From contig CBDAON010000004.1 in the NCBI GenBank assembly GCA_965198065.1, positions 1,248,001 to 1,312,000 on the forward strand: a stretch of DNA of 64,000 bases, in the 5' to 3' direction. The notes under the pieces are model-generated. The model was not told the origin of the DNA. It was given only the letters and a program-made list of their open reading frames with translations, and did no database searches. Shown piece by piece: positions 30,608 through 39,022 of the stretch (position 1 is the stretch's first letter; every line of letters starts with the position of its first letter). The position numbers and the translations under genes were made by a program. The DNA comes from Longimicrobiales bacterium (lineage in GTDB: Bacteria; Gemmatimonadota; Gemmatimonadetes; Longimicrobiales; Gaopeijiaceae).

Positions 30608-31941
30608 GGCCGGGCCCTCGCCCGGACGGCCGCCGCGTGGGCGGGGAGCCCTTCGGCCTCGGCCATCCGACCGACGTCGTCCGACAGAGCCGCGGCCCCC
30701 TCCTCGGAGACCTCCTGCCAGTTGAAGACGCGGCCGAAATCCAGCACGGAGAGACCGGAGAACGACCGGGCCCGGCCCCCCGTGGGAAGCACGTGGTTCG
30801 CCCCGGTGACGTAATCGCCGAACGCAACCGACGAGGCGTCTCCGAGGAACACCGTGCCGGCCGTCGATTGGGTCTCGAGGTCGCGCGCCGGATCGTCCGT
30901 GAAGAGCGCGAGGTGCTCGGCCGCGTACGCCTCCGCGAAGCCGAGTGCCTCGCTCCGGTCTCCCGCCAGGAGGATCGCGCCCCTGGTCGCCAGCGCGGCT
31001 TCAACGATCTCCTTCCTCCCCGCCGCGGCCACCCGCGCCCCCAGAGCGTTTCGGACCTCCTCCAGGAGCTTCGCGCTCCAGCTCACGACGGCCACCGAGG
31101 CGTCGGGGTCGTGCTCGGCCTGCGCGACCAGCTCGGCCGCCACCCGCTCGGGGTCCGCCGAGCCGTCTGCCACCACGAGTACCTCCGAGGGGCCGGCCGG
31201 CGAATCGATCCGGAGCTCGCCCGCGACCTGCCTTTTGGCCTCGGTGACCCATCGGTTCCCGGGCCCGACGATGGCGTCGACCCTCGGCACCGAGGCCGTC
31301 CCGTAGGCTAGGGCACCGATTGCTCCCGCCCCGCCGATGGCTAGGAGCCTCGAGGCCCCCGCGATGGCGCAGGCCGTGAGGACGTGGGGCGGCGGCTCGC
31401 CGGAGGCGCCGGGGGGCGAGCAAACGATGACGTCCTCCACTCCCGCGGCGCGGGCCGGTACCACGCCCATGAGGACGGACGAGGGGTAGGCCGCCCGGCC
31501 CCCCGGGGCGTAGACGCCCACCGCCCGGAGCGGAACGAACCTCCGACCAAGGCGCACCCCGGGCTCGATCTCGACCACGAGCTCGTTCGGGATCTGGGCC
31601 TCGTGAAACGCGCGGATGTTTCGGGCCGCTCGCTCGAGCGCGGCGACAAGGGAGGGATCGAGCGAACGCCTCGCGGCCTCCCACCTCACGGACGGCACCT
31701 CCAGGGAGCGAAGCTCGACGCCGTCCAGCTCCCGCGCCATCTGCAGGAGCGCGGCGTCCCCTTCGGTCCGGACTCGGGTGAGGATGGTCCGCACCGAGTC
31801 CCGAACACGCGCCTCGTCGGACGGTCTCCGCTCGAGGAGCAGGGCGCGCTCCGCCGGGCCGAGCTCCGAGACGCGGGCGTCCACGGCCAGCCGAAGGGAG
31901 GGCGCGCCGGCGCCCGGCGGTGAGCTTACTCCCTTCGTCAT
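30604..31941 (-). CDS. hisD: Histidinol dehydrogenase
   Basis: ATG 31941 (ATGA overlap); PGG..AYPSS, GPGN, AGPSE, QAEHD, GDY..GANHVLPT. Confidence 0.95.
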   Translation of the reverse strand: MTKGVSSPPGAGAPSLRLAVDARVSELGPAERALLLERRPSDEARVRDSVRTILTRVRTEGDAALLQMARELDGVELRSLEVPSVRWEAARRSLDPSLVAALERAARNIRAFHEAQIPNELVVEIEPGVRLGRRFVPLRAVGVYAPGGRAAYPSSVLMGVVPARAAGVEDVIVCSPPGASGEPPPHVLTACAIAGASRLLAIGGAGAIGALAYGTASVPRVDAIVGPGNRWVTEAKRQVAGELRIDSPAGPSEVLVVADGSADPERVAAELVAQAEHDPDASVAVVSWSAKLLEEVRNALGARVAAAGRKEIVEAALATRGAILLAGDRSEALGFAEAYAAEHLALFTDDPARDLETQSTAGTVFLGDASSVAFGDYVTGANHVLPTGGRARSFSGLSVLDFGRVFNWQEVSEEGAAALSDDVGRMAEAEGLPAHAAAVRARARP

Positions 31942-32801
31942 GGCATCAGCCGCTCGATTCGGGTGACCAGAATGCCCGCGGCCCCGAGTTCCTTCAGCCG
32001 TGAGATCGTCCGATCGACCTGGTCGGCTTCGACGACCGCGTGCGCCGCGACCCATGCTTCCCTGTCCAGCACATCCACGATTGTCGGGCCCGTGATGCCG
32101 GGTAACACCTTGCGAACCTCATCCAGCCGATCTCGCGGCACGTTGGCCATCAGGTAGCGGTGGCGCTTCGCGCGGAGCACCGACTCAAGGGCGGTCACGA
32201 GCCGCTCTCCGCTGCGCTGGGCGCCGCCGCCATTCCAGGCCGCGCGATTCGCGATGAGGCGGGCGGACGAATCGAGAACGGTCCCGACCTCCTTGAGCCC
32301 GTTCACGCGCAGGGTCGAGCCCGTCGAGGCCAGGTCCACGATCACGTCGGCCACCCCCAGGTGAGGCGCGATCTCGGCCGCGCCCGATACAGGTACGAGC
32401 TGGATCCCGATCCCGAGCGACTCGAAGTGCCGGCGGGCCAGGTTGGGGAAGGAGGTGGCCACGCGGCTTCCCTCTTCCAGCTTTGCCGGATCGTCCACGG
32501 GCGACTCCTCCCGGACGGCGATCACGAGGCGACACTTCCCGAATCCCAGGTCGAGGAGCTCGAAGACCTCGTCCCGTCCGGACTCCTCTACGAGGTCCCG
32601 GCCGGTGATCCCGAACTCGGCCGCTCCATCCGCGACGAACTCGGGAACGTCCTGCGCGCGGACGAAGATGGCCTGAAACTCCGAGCCGAGTCGGGCCAGG
32701 AGGGATCGGTCGGCCCTGAACTCGGGCTTGAGCCCGGCTTCGTCGAACAGCTCGAGCGCGCTGTTCGAGAGGCGGCCCTTGTTCGGTATCGCGATTCTCA
32801 T
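31938..32801 (-). CDS. hisG: ATP phosphoribosyltransferase, long form
   Basis: IAIPNKGRL, GITGRD, DLGFG, GAAE, DLASTGSTL, C-terminal regulatory domain. Confidence 0.95.
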   Translation of the reverse strand: MRIAIPNKGRLSNSALELFDEAGLKPEFRADRSLLARLGSEFQAIFVRAQDVPEFVADGAAEFGITGRDLVEESGRDEVFELLDLGFGKCRLVIAVREESPVDDPAKLEEGSRVATSFPNLARRHFESLGIGIQLVPVSGAAEIAPHLGVADVIVDLASTGSTLRVNGLKEVGTVLDSSARLIANRAAWNGGGAQRSGERLVTALESVLRAKRHRYLMANVPRDRLDEVRKVLPGITGPTIVDVLDREAWVAAHAVVEADQVDRTISRLKELGAAGILVTRIERLMP

Positions 32802-32823
32802 CCGTGCTCCACCGTCCGCGTGT

Positions 32824-32858
32824 AAAAAAAAGCGGCCCGTCCGGTTGGGACGGGCCGC
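32824..32858 (-). terminator. Attenuator terminator of the his operon
   Basis: GCGGCCCGTCC-CAACC-GGACGGGCCGC (perfect 11 bp) followed by T8, 22 nt upstream of hisG. Confidence 0.92.
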
Positions 32859-32879
32859 GGGGTTCGGTCGCGCTCGGTT

Positions 32880-32963
32880 TCAGGGGCGCACGCCGACCTC
32901 CACCCGTCCCGTCCGGGACCGGCGATGATGGTCGTGATAGTGGTGCGCCACGTACCGGTGCAT
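32880..32963 (-). CDS. hisL: his operon leader peptide MHRYVAHHYHDHHRRSRTGRVEVGVRP
   Basis: Six His in the first 13 codons, directly upstream of the terminator and hisG. Confidence 0.88.
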   Translation of the reverse strand: MHRYVAHHYHDHHRRSRTGRVEVGVRP

Positions 32964-32970
32964 GGCGAGG

Positions 32971-32999
32971 AAGCTACCGGCGCGGGGAGGCGCGGTCAA
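32971..32999 (-). promoter_or_regulatory. his promoter TTGACC-N17-TAGCTT
   Basis: -35 at 32999-32994, -10 at 32976-32971, only 7 nt before the leader ATG. Confidence 0.75.
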
Positions 33000-33376
33000 A
33001 CGGCGAGGCGCGACCCCGTGTAGCGCGAACTCCGATGGCGACGCCCCGGAAACGAGGCCGGCCGGGCGGCGAAGCCAACCAACGGTGGTGCGGGACCCGT
33101 CCGTCCCGGCCCTTGGCTGCCCCCGGGCGCCGGCTCTACGTTTCATCCCGCGTTCCGACCGCCCTGTCGGTCGGCCGACGTAAGCGTAAGTGCCCACGCC
33201 ACTGGCCTTGCCGGATGAGCGTCGAGTACCGAGACGAGCGATGCGCTGCCGGGCTACGGCGAGGAGGAGTGACGAACGATCAACTGCACATCCGCCACAC
33301 GCCCAACGGCGTGTGGAACATGACGTGGGTGAGCGCGGGCCACCACACCTGTGCGAAGCATCCGTTAGTGCACTGA

Positions 33377-35722
33377 ATGGGCGCTGAATCTCCCACTGCG
33401 GGGCGCGACTTCGTCCGGCAGATCATCGACAGGGACCTGGAGACCGGGGCGACCGAGGGCAGGGTAATCACCCGCTTCCCTCCGGAGCCAAACGGCTTCC
33501 TCCATATCGGTCACGCTAAGTCGCTCGTCCTGAACTTCGGGCTGGCCCAGGATTACGCGGGGGCCCGCTGCCATCTCCGCTTCGACGACACGAACCCCGC
33601 CACGGAGGACCTCCGGTACGTCCGGGCGATCGAGGAGGACGTCCGTTGGCTGGGATACGAGTGGAGCGAGCACCTGTACTTTGCCTCGGACTACTTCGAG
33701 GAGATGTACGGTTTTGCCGAGGAGCTGATCCAGAAGGGGCTCGCCTATGTGGACTCTCAGAGCGAGGAGGCGATCCGGGAGCAGCGGGGCACCGTGACCG
33801 AGCCCGGGCGGGCGAGCCCGCATCGGGAGCGCGCCGTGGAAGAAAGTCTCCGGCTGTTTCGGGAGATGAGGGAGGGAGAGCACGGCGACGGGGAGCACGT
33901 CCTTCGGGCGAAGATCGACATGGGATCGGCCAACATGCTCATGCGCGACCCCGTTCTCTATCGGATTCGCCACGCGGATCACTATCGGACCGGGGGGAGT
34001 TGGTGCATCTATCCCCTCTACGACTATGCCCATCCGCTCGAGGACGCCCTCGAGGGTATCACGCACTCGCTCTGCACGCTCGAGTTCGCCAACAACCGGG
34101 AGCTTTACGACTGGGTGGTCGAGAACGTGAGCGTCCCGCACCGGCCGCGTCAGTATGAGTTTGCGCGCCTGAGTCTCGACTACACGGTCATGAGCAAGCG
34201 CCGCTTTCTGCGGCTGGTCGAGGAGGGCGACGTCGCGGGGTGGGACGACCCACGAATGCCGACGCTGGCGGGCCTCCGGAGGCGCGGCGTCACTCCGGAG
34301 GCGATCCGGGGATTCTGCGAGATGGTCGGAGTCGGGCGCTCGGACTCGCGGGTGGACATCGCGAAGCTCGAGTACGCGATCCGGGACGACCTGAACCGTA
34401 GGGCTCCGCGTGTCCTCGCCGTGCTTCGCCCCCTTAAGGTCACGGTGATCGGGTGGCCCAAGGCCAGGGTGGACGCCTGTGACGCTCCGTATTTCCCTCA
34501 CGATGTTCCAGGGGAGGGCAGCCGGCCCCTCCCGTTCAGCGGCGAGATCTACATCGATCGGGACGACTTCGCCGAGAACCCGCCCCCGGGGTTCCGGAGG
34601 CTCGTGCCCGGGGGAGAGGTGCGGCTCCGGTACGCGTACGTCATCCGCTGCGAGGAGGTGGTGAAGAACGAGGCGGGCAAGGTGGTCGAGCTCCGGTGCA
34701 CCTACGATCCCGAAACGTGGGGACGGAACCCGCCCGACGGCCGATCCGTGAAGGGGACCATCCAATGGGTATCCGCGGCCCACGCAGTGCCGTGCGATGT
34801 CCACCTCTACGATCGCCTCTTTACCGTGCCCGATCCCGAGGCCGAGGCGATCGAGAGGGGAGGCGACTCGACGTTTCGGGACTTCCTGAACCCTGCGTCC
34901 CTCGAGGTCGTCGAGGGCGCGCTGGTGGAGCCGTCGATCGCGGGGGATCCCGGGGATACGCGCTACCAGTTCGAGCGGGTCGGTTACTTCTGGCGGGATC
35001 CTGTGGACGGCCGCGGTGACCGACCCGTGTTCAACCGGATCGTAACGCTCCGGGACACGTGGGCTAGAGTGAAGGCCGGCGGCGTTAAGCGCGGTCCGCG
35101 TGCGCGCCCCGAGGCTCCGGCGGAGAGGCGGTCCGACGGGGACGGCGCTCGGCGCGCGCCCGTGGCGCGGGAACGGGCGGCCGAGCTTCAGGCACGGTTT
35201 GGCCTGGACCCTGCCGATGCGGAGATCCTGGCCAGAGACGCGTCCACGAGTGCCTTCTTCCTGGCCGCCGTGGACGCCTCCTCGGACGCGGGTGCCGAGG
35301 ACAACTACCGGTCGGCGGCCCTCGTTGCGAACTGGATGATCAACGTCCTTCCGTCGGTAGCCGGTGGGCGAGAGCTCGCGGAGCTTCCCATGCGACCCCC
35401 CGAGTTCGCTGCGCTCGTCTCGCTGGTGGAGGAGGGGGTGGTCTCCAGACGGGCGGGGGCAGCGGTTCTAGAAGCCATGGCGCGCGACGGCGGGAACCCG
35501 CGGGAGATCGTCGAGCGGCTGAACCTCCGACAGGTGAGCGACGCCGAGTCCCTGATCCCCATCGTGAAAGAGGTGGTCGGGGGCTACCCCGACAAAGTGG
35601 AGGAATACCGTGCCGGAAAGGTGGAGCTCGTGGGGTTCTTCATGGGCCAGGTCATGCGGCGCTCGGGCGGCCGTGCGGACCCGGGCGTGGTGAGGCGGCT
35701 CCTGGACGAAGCGTTGCGGTAG
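33377..35722 (+). CDS. glnS: Glutamine--tRNA ligase with C-terminal YqeY domain
   Basis: TRFPPEPNG, HIGH, RFDDTNP, MSKR, FERVGYF; C-terminal QVSD...GFFMGQVMR...ADP. Confidence 0.96.
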   Translation: MGAESPTAGRDFVRQIIDRDLETGATEGRVITRFPPEPNGFLHIGHAKSLVLNFGLAQDYAGARCHLRFDDTNPATEDLRYVRAIEEDVRWLGYEWSEHLYFASDYFEEMYGFAEELIQKGLAYVDSQSEEAIREQRGTVTEPGRASPHRERAVEESLRLFREMREGEHGDGEHVLRAKIDMGSANMLMRDPVLYRIRHADHYRTGGSWCIYPLYDYAHPLEDALEGITHSLCTLEFANNRELYDWVVENVSVPHRPRQYEFARLSLDYTVMSKRRFLRLVEEGDVAGWDDPRMPTLAGLRRRGVTPEAIRGFCEMVGVGRSDSRVDIAKLEYAIRDDLNRRAPRVLAVLRPLKVTVIGWPKARVDACDAPYFPHDVPGEGSRPLPFSGEIYIDRDDFAENPPPGFRRLVPGGEVRLRYAYVIRCEEVVKNEAGKVVELRCTYDPETWGRNPPDGRSVKGTIQWVSAAHAVPCDVHLYDRLFTVPDPEAEAIERGGDSTFRDFLNPASLEVVEGALVEPSIAGDPGDTRYQFERVGYFWRDPVDGRGDRPVFNRIVTLRDTWARVKAGGVKRGPRARPEAPAERRSDGDGARRAPVARERAAELQARFGLDPADAEILARDASTSAFFLAAVDASSDAGAEDNYRSAALVANWMINVLPSVAGGRELAELPMRPPEFAALVSLVEEGVVSRRAGAAVLEAMARDGGNPREIVERLNLRQVSDAESLIPIVKEVVGGYPDKVEEYRAGKVELVGFFMGQVMRRSGGRADPGVVRRLLDEALR

Positions 35723-35857
35723 GGCAGAGGTCCCGGCGCGCTGCCCGGGCCCGACGGGCGAGCGCGGGGCCCTTCCGGACCCCGGTTTGGGCCCCAGGGT
35801 ACAGGCCATGCTGGAGACCGGTCCACGAACCGCCCCGTCCCGCGGGCCAGATTCCCC

Positions 35858-38785
35858 ATGGACACCCACATCCGAGTCCGCGGCGCCCGGCAGCACAACC
35901 TGAAGAACCTGGACCTGGACATCCCCCGCGGCACCCTCACGGTGATCACGGGCCCGTCTGGATCCGGCAAGTCCTCCCTGGCGCTCGACACGATCTTTGC
36001 GGAAGGGCAGAGGCGGTACGTCGAGTCGCTCTCCACCTACGCCAAGCAGTTCCTCGAGCGTATGGAGAAACCGGACGTCGACACGGTGGAGGGGATCTCC
36101 CCCGCCGTCGCCATCGAGCAGAAGAACCCCACGAAGACGAGCCGCTCCACGGTTGGGACAGCGACGGAGGTCTATGACTATCTCCGGCTTCTCTTCGCGC
36201 GAGTGGGATGGACGTTCTGCCCCCACTGCGGGCGCCGAGTGCTCCCCGACACGGTGAGCTCCGCCGTGGACCGGGTCTTCGCGCTTCCGGAGGGGACGCG
36301 GTTCATAGTGGCGTTCCCCCTTCGGCCGAGCGGACAGACATCCCACCGGGCCCTGGTCGAGAGCCTCAAGGCACTGGGTTTCGTTCGGCTGATCGCGGAC
36401 GGAGTGGCCGTCGATCTGGGCACCGCGTCGTCGGACGCCCCCGAGTCTGTGGGGCTGGACCTCGAGAACGTGGAGCTGTTGATCGTCGTTGTGGACCGCC
36501 TGAAGGTGGGGCCGGCCATTCGGGAGCGGCTTCAGGACTCGATCGGGACCGCGTTCCAGGAAGGCGAGGGAGAAGCGCTCGTGGTGCTCCACGAGGGCGG
36601 CGAGCCGACGGGCGACGGACTCGAGGAGGCCGCGAAGGCTGGTTCCGGGGAGGCCGCGAGGACTGGCCTCGGAGGGGCCACCCTCTCCTTCACCGAGCGC
36701 TTCCGCTGCCCGGACCACCTGACCGAGGAGTTCCCGGATCCCATGCCTCAGCTGTTCTCCTTCAACTCGCCGTACGGCTCGTGCCCGGAGTGCAGCGGAT
36801 TCGGGGCGACGCTCGAATACGACGAGGGCCTCATCGTGCCGAGCCCGACGAAATCCATGGAGGAAGGGGCGGTCGATCCCTGGACGATGCCGCGGTACCA
36901 CAGGGAGCGGGCGCGGCTACGGGCCTTTGCGGAGAAGCGCGGCGTCTCGGTTCACGCGCCCTGGGCGGAACTTCCCGATGACTTCCGGGAGGCCGTGATC
37001 CACGGGACGCCGAGGGGTAGGGGCCGACTCGCGGACGCCACCTTCCAGGGGGTCCTCCCCTTCCTGAGATCCCGGGAGAGGAAGCGCTACAAGCAGTACA
37101 TCCGCGTCTTCCTGCGCAGGTACCAGGCCCCCCGGGCCTGCAACAGCTGCGGGGGTGCCCGGGTGCGCCCGGGTGCGCTGAACGTTCGCGTGGCGGAGCG
37201 GACGATCGCGGACGTGTGCCGGATCCCTCTGGAGGAGCTCGGGCCGTGGCTCTCGAGCCTCGAGCTTCCCGATCAGGAGCGGGCGGTCGCCGAGACGATC
37301 CTGGAGGAGCTTCGTGCGAGGGTCTCGTTCCTCGCGGACGTGGGTCTCGGATACCTCACGCTGGACCGGCAGACCCGTTCTCTCTCCGGCGGCGAGGCTC
37401 AGCGCATCAGCCTCGCGAACTCGCTGGGCTCGAACCTGGTGGACACAATCTACGTCCTGGACGAGCCCTCCATCGGGATCCACCCGAGGGACACGGGAGC
37501 GCTCCTCGGGCTCCTCAGGCGCCTTCGGGGGCGAGGGAACACCGTTCTCGTGGTCGAGCACGATCCGCAGACGATTCGAGCGGCCGATCACGTGGTGGAG
37601 CTGGGGCCCGCGTCCGGGGAGCGCGGCGGAAACGTCGTCTTCGAGGGGAAGATCTCCGCGCTCCTCGAGGCCGACACGGCGACAGGGCGCTACCTTTCCG
37701 GAAAGGCCGCGATCCCGGTTCCGGCCCGGCGGCGCAAGACGAACGGCGCACGGCTCGGCGTTCGTGGAGCTCATCTCCACAACGTGTCCCAGGTGGACGT
37801 CGATCTCCCGCTCGGCACCCTGATCGCGGTGACGGGCGTCTCGGGCTCGGGGAAGTCCACCCTCGTCCACGACATCCTCTATCGGGCCATCGAGCGGGAA
37901 CTGGCGGGCGGCGAGACGTCCGCGAAAAAGCATCTCGGGGAGCCGGTCGGCCAGGTTCGGGCCATCACGGGGCTCGACCACCTGGAGGGGGTCGTCCTCG
38001 TGGACCAGTCTCCGATCGGCCGGACCCCGCGCTCGAACCCCGTCACCTACATCGGCGGCTGGGACGAGGTCCGGCGGATCTTCGCGGCCCAGCTCCTCTC
38101 GCAGGAGCGCGGCTACCAGGCTCGCCACTTCTCCTTCAACGTTCCGGGCGGACGCTGTGAGGCGTGCAAGGGCGCCGGGAGGGTCGAAGTGGAGATGGTG
38201 TTTATGGCCGACGTGTTCGGCCCGTGCGACGTGTGCGGGGGCCGGAGGTTCCGATCCGAGGTGCTCGAGGTCGAGGTGGGCGGGAGGCCCGTCGACGAGG
38301 TGCTCGAGCTCACCGTGGACGAGGCCATCCGGTTTTTCTACCGGGAGAGGCGACTCGGCGAAGCCCTCTGGCACCTCCAGCAGGTCGGGCTCGGGTACCT
38401 GCGGCTGGGCCAGCCGGCCACCACGCTTTCCGGGGGCGAGGCGCAGCGCCTAAAGATCGCCCGCGAACTCGCGGGGGCCGGGGGCCGACAGGGCCGCCGT
38501 ATGTACATCCTGGATGAGCCCACCACCGGATTGGCGGGTGCGGACGTCGGACGGCTCCTGGACGTGCTCCAGCAGCTCGTGAGCGTGGGCAACACCGTCC
38601 TCGTGATCGAGCACAACCTCGACGTCGTGAAGTGCGCGGATTGGGTGGTGGACATGGGGCCTGGAGCGGGGAGCCGGGGGGGCCGGATCGTGGCCGCGGG
38701 TCCCCCCGAGGCGGTCTCTACGACCCCGGGATCGGTGACCGGCCGCTTTCTCCGGGAGGTCCTCCCCGCTGCGGTCGGCGTGTGA
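35858..38785 (+). CDS. uvrA: Excinuclease ABC subunit A
   Basis: GARQHNLKN, two Walker A motifs, two LSGGEAQR signatures, Zn fingers, IGRTPRSNP. Confidence 0.95.
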   Translation: MDTHIRVRGARQHNLKNLDLDIPRGTLTVITGPSGSGKSSLALDTIFAEGQRRYVESLSTYAKQFLERMEKPDVDTVEGISPAVAIEQKNPTKTSRSTVGTATEVYDYLRLLFARVGWTFCPHCGRRVLPDTVSSAVDRVFALPEGTRFIVAFPLRPSGQTSHRALVESLKALGFVRLIADGVAVDLGTASSDAPESVGLDLENVELLIVVVDRLKVGPAIRERLQDSIGTAFQEGEGEALVVLHEGGEPTGDGLEEAAKAGSGEAARTGLGGATLSFTERFRCPDHLTEEFPDPMPQLFSFNSPYGSCPECSGFGATLEYDEGLIVPSPTKSMEEGAVDPWTMPRYHRERARLRAFAEKRGVSVHAPWAELPDDFREAVIHGTPRGRGRLADATFQGVLPFLRSRERKRYKQYIRVFLRRYQAPRACNSCGGARVRPGALNVRVAERTIADVCRIPLEELGPWLSSLELPDQERAVAETILEELRARVSFLADVGLGYLTLDRQTRSLSGGEAQRISLANSLGSNLVDTIYVLDEPSIGIHPRDTGALLGLLRRLRGRGNTVLVVEHDPQTIRAADHVVELGPASGERGGNVVFEGKISALLEADTATGRYLSGKAAIPVPARRRKTNGARLGVRGAHLHNVSQVDVDLPLGTLIAVTGVSGSGKSTLVHDILYRAIERELAGGETSAKKHLGEPVGQVRAITGLDHLEGVVLVDQSPIGRTPRSNPVTYIGGWDEVRRIFAAQLLSQERGYQARHFSFNVPGGRCEACKGAGRVEVEMVFMADVFGPCDVCGGRRFRSEVLEVEVGGRPVDEVLELTVDEAIRFFYRERRLGEALWHLQQVGLGYLRLGQPATTLSGGEAQRLKIARELAGAGGRQGRRMYILDEPTTGLAGADVGRLLDVLQQLVSVGNTVLVIEHNLDVVKCADWVVDMGPGAGSRGGRIVAAGPPEAVSTTPGSVTGRFLREVLPAAVGV

Positions 38786-38808
38786 GCGGGACCGGGCAAA
38801 GACGGGGG

Positions 38809-38837
38809 TGGACAGTCCCCGAGGGGCCGAATAGAAT
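38809..38837 (+). promoter_or_regulatory. Putative sigma70 promoter TGGACA-N17-TAGAAT
   Basis: Both hexamers match 5/6 of consensus, 17-nt spacer. Confidence 0.7.
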
Positions 38838-38841
38838 ACGC

Positions 38842-38969
38842 AGCGTTCGGGGGCCCGATCGGGCTCCGGCGGTACGTGGATCGATCACTCTAGGGCTCGG
38901 CCTCCCGGCGCGGAGGCTGGCGGGCTGGCCGCGACTGCGTCGGGTGATCCGTCCCGATGCGGTCTTTTT
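38842..38969 (+). ncRNA. Candidate structured leader RNA or sRNA, unclassified
   Basis: Lies between the promoter and terminator; three hairpins; no credible ORF. Confidence 0.45.
38933..38969 (+). terminator. Intrinsic terminator
   Basis: GACTGCGTCGGG-tgatccgt-CCCGATGCGGTC (12 bp, two G-U pairs) followed by TTTTT. Confidence 0.8.
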
Positions 38970-39022
38970 GCTTCGGGGCTTGGCAGGTCGCTGAAGAGGC
39001 ACAGGGGGTCGCGCACCGACTG

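Noticed and set aside
33080..33115. T-box-like GGTGGTGCG...CGTCCC upstream of glnS
   Set aside because: Lacks the UGGNACC bulge, has no following terminator, and no stem I is recognisable
35729..35772. Imperfect GC hairpin after glnS
   Set aside because: Several bulges and no U-tract; cannot be told apart from chance in GC-rich DNA
35858..38785. uvrA as a DrrC-like resistance gene or SOS-regulated locus
   Set aside because: It retains the region corresponding to the UvrB-binding domain, there is no biosynthetic cluster nearby, and I could not identify a LexA box
38885..38935. CTAGGGCTC...CTGG resembling a ykkC/guanidine-I or c-di-GMP-I riboswitch
   Set aside because: The conserved 3' GGGACAAAAGCCCGGGAG and the GGCAAA/GCAAA motifs are absent; kept only as an unclassified RNA
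38988..39012. CGCTGAA...GGGGG resembling the start of the ydaO c-di-AMP riboswitch
   Set aside because: No room for the rest of the motif before the ATG at 39023
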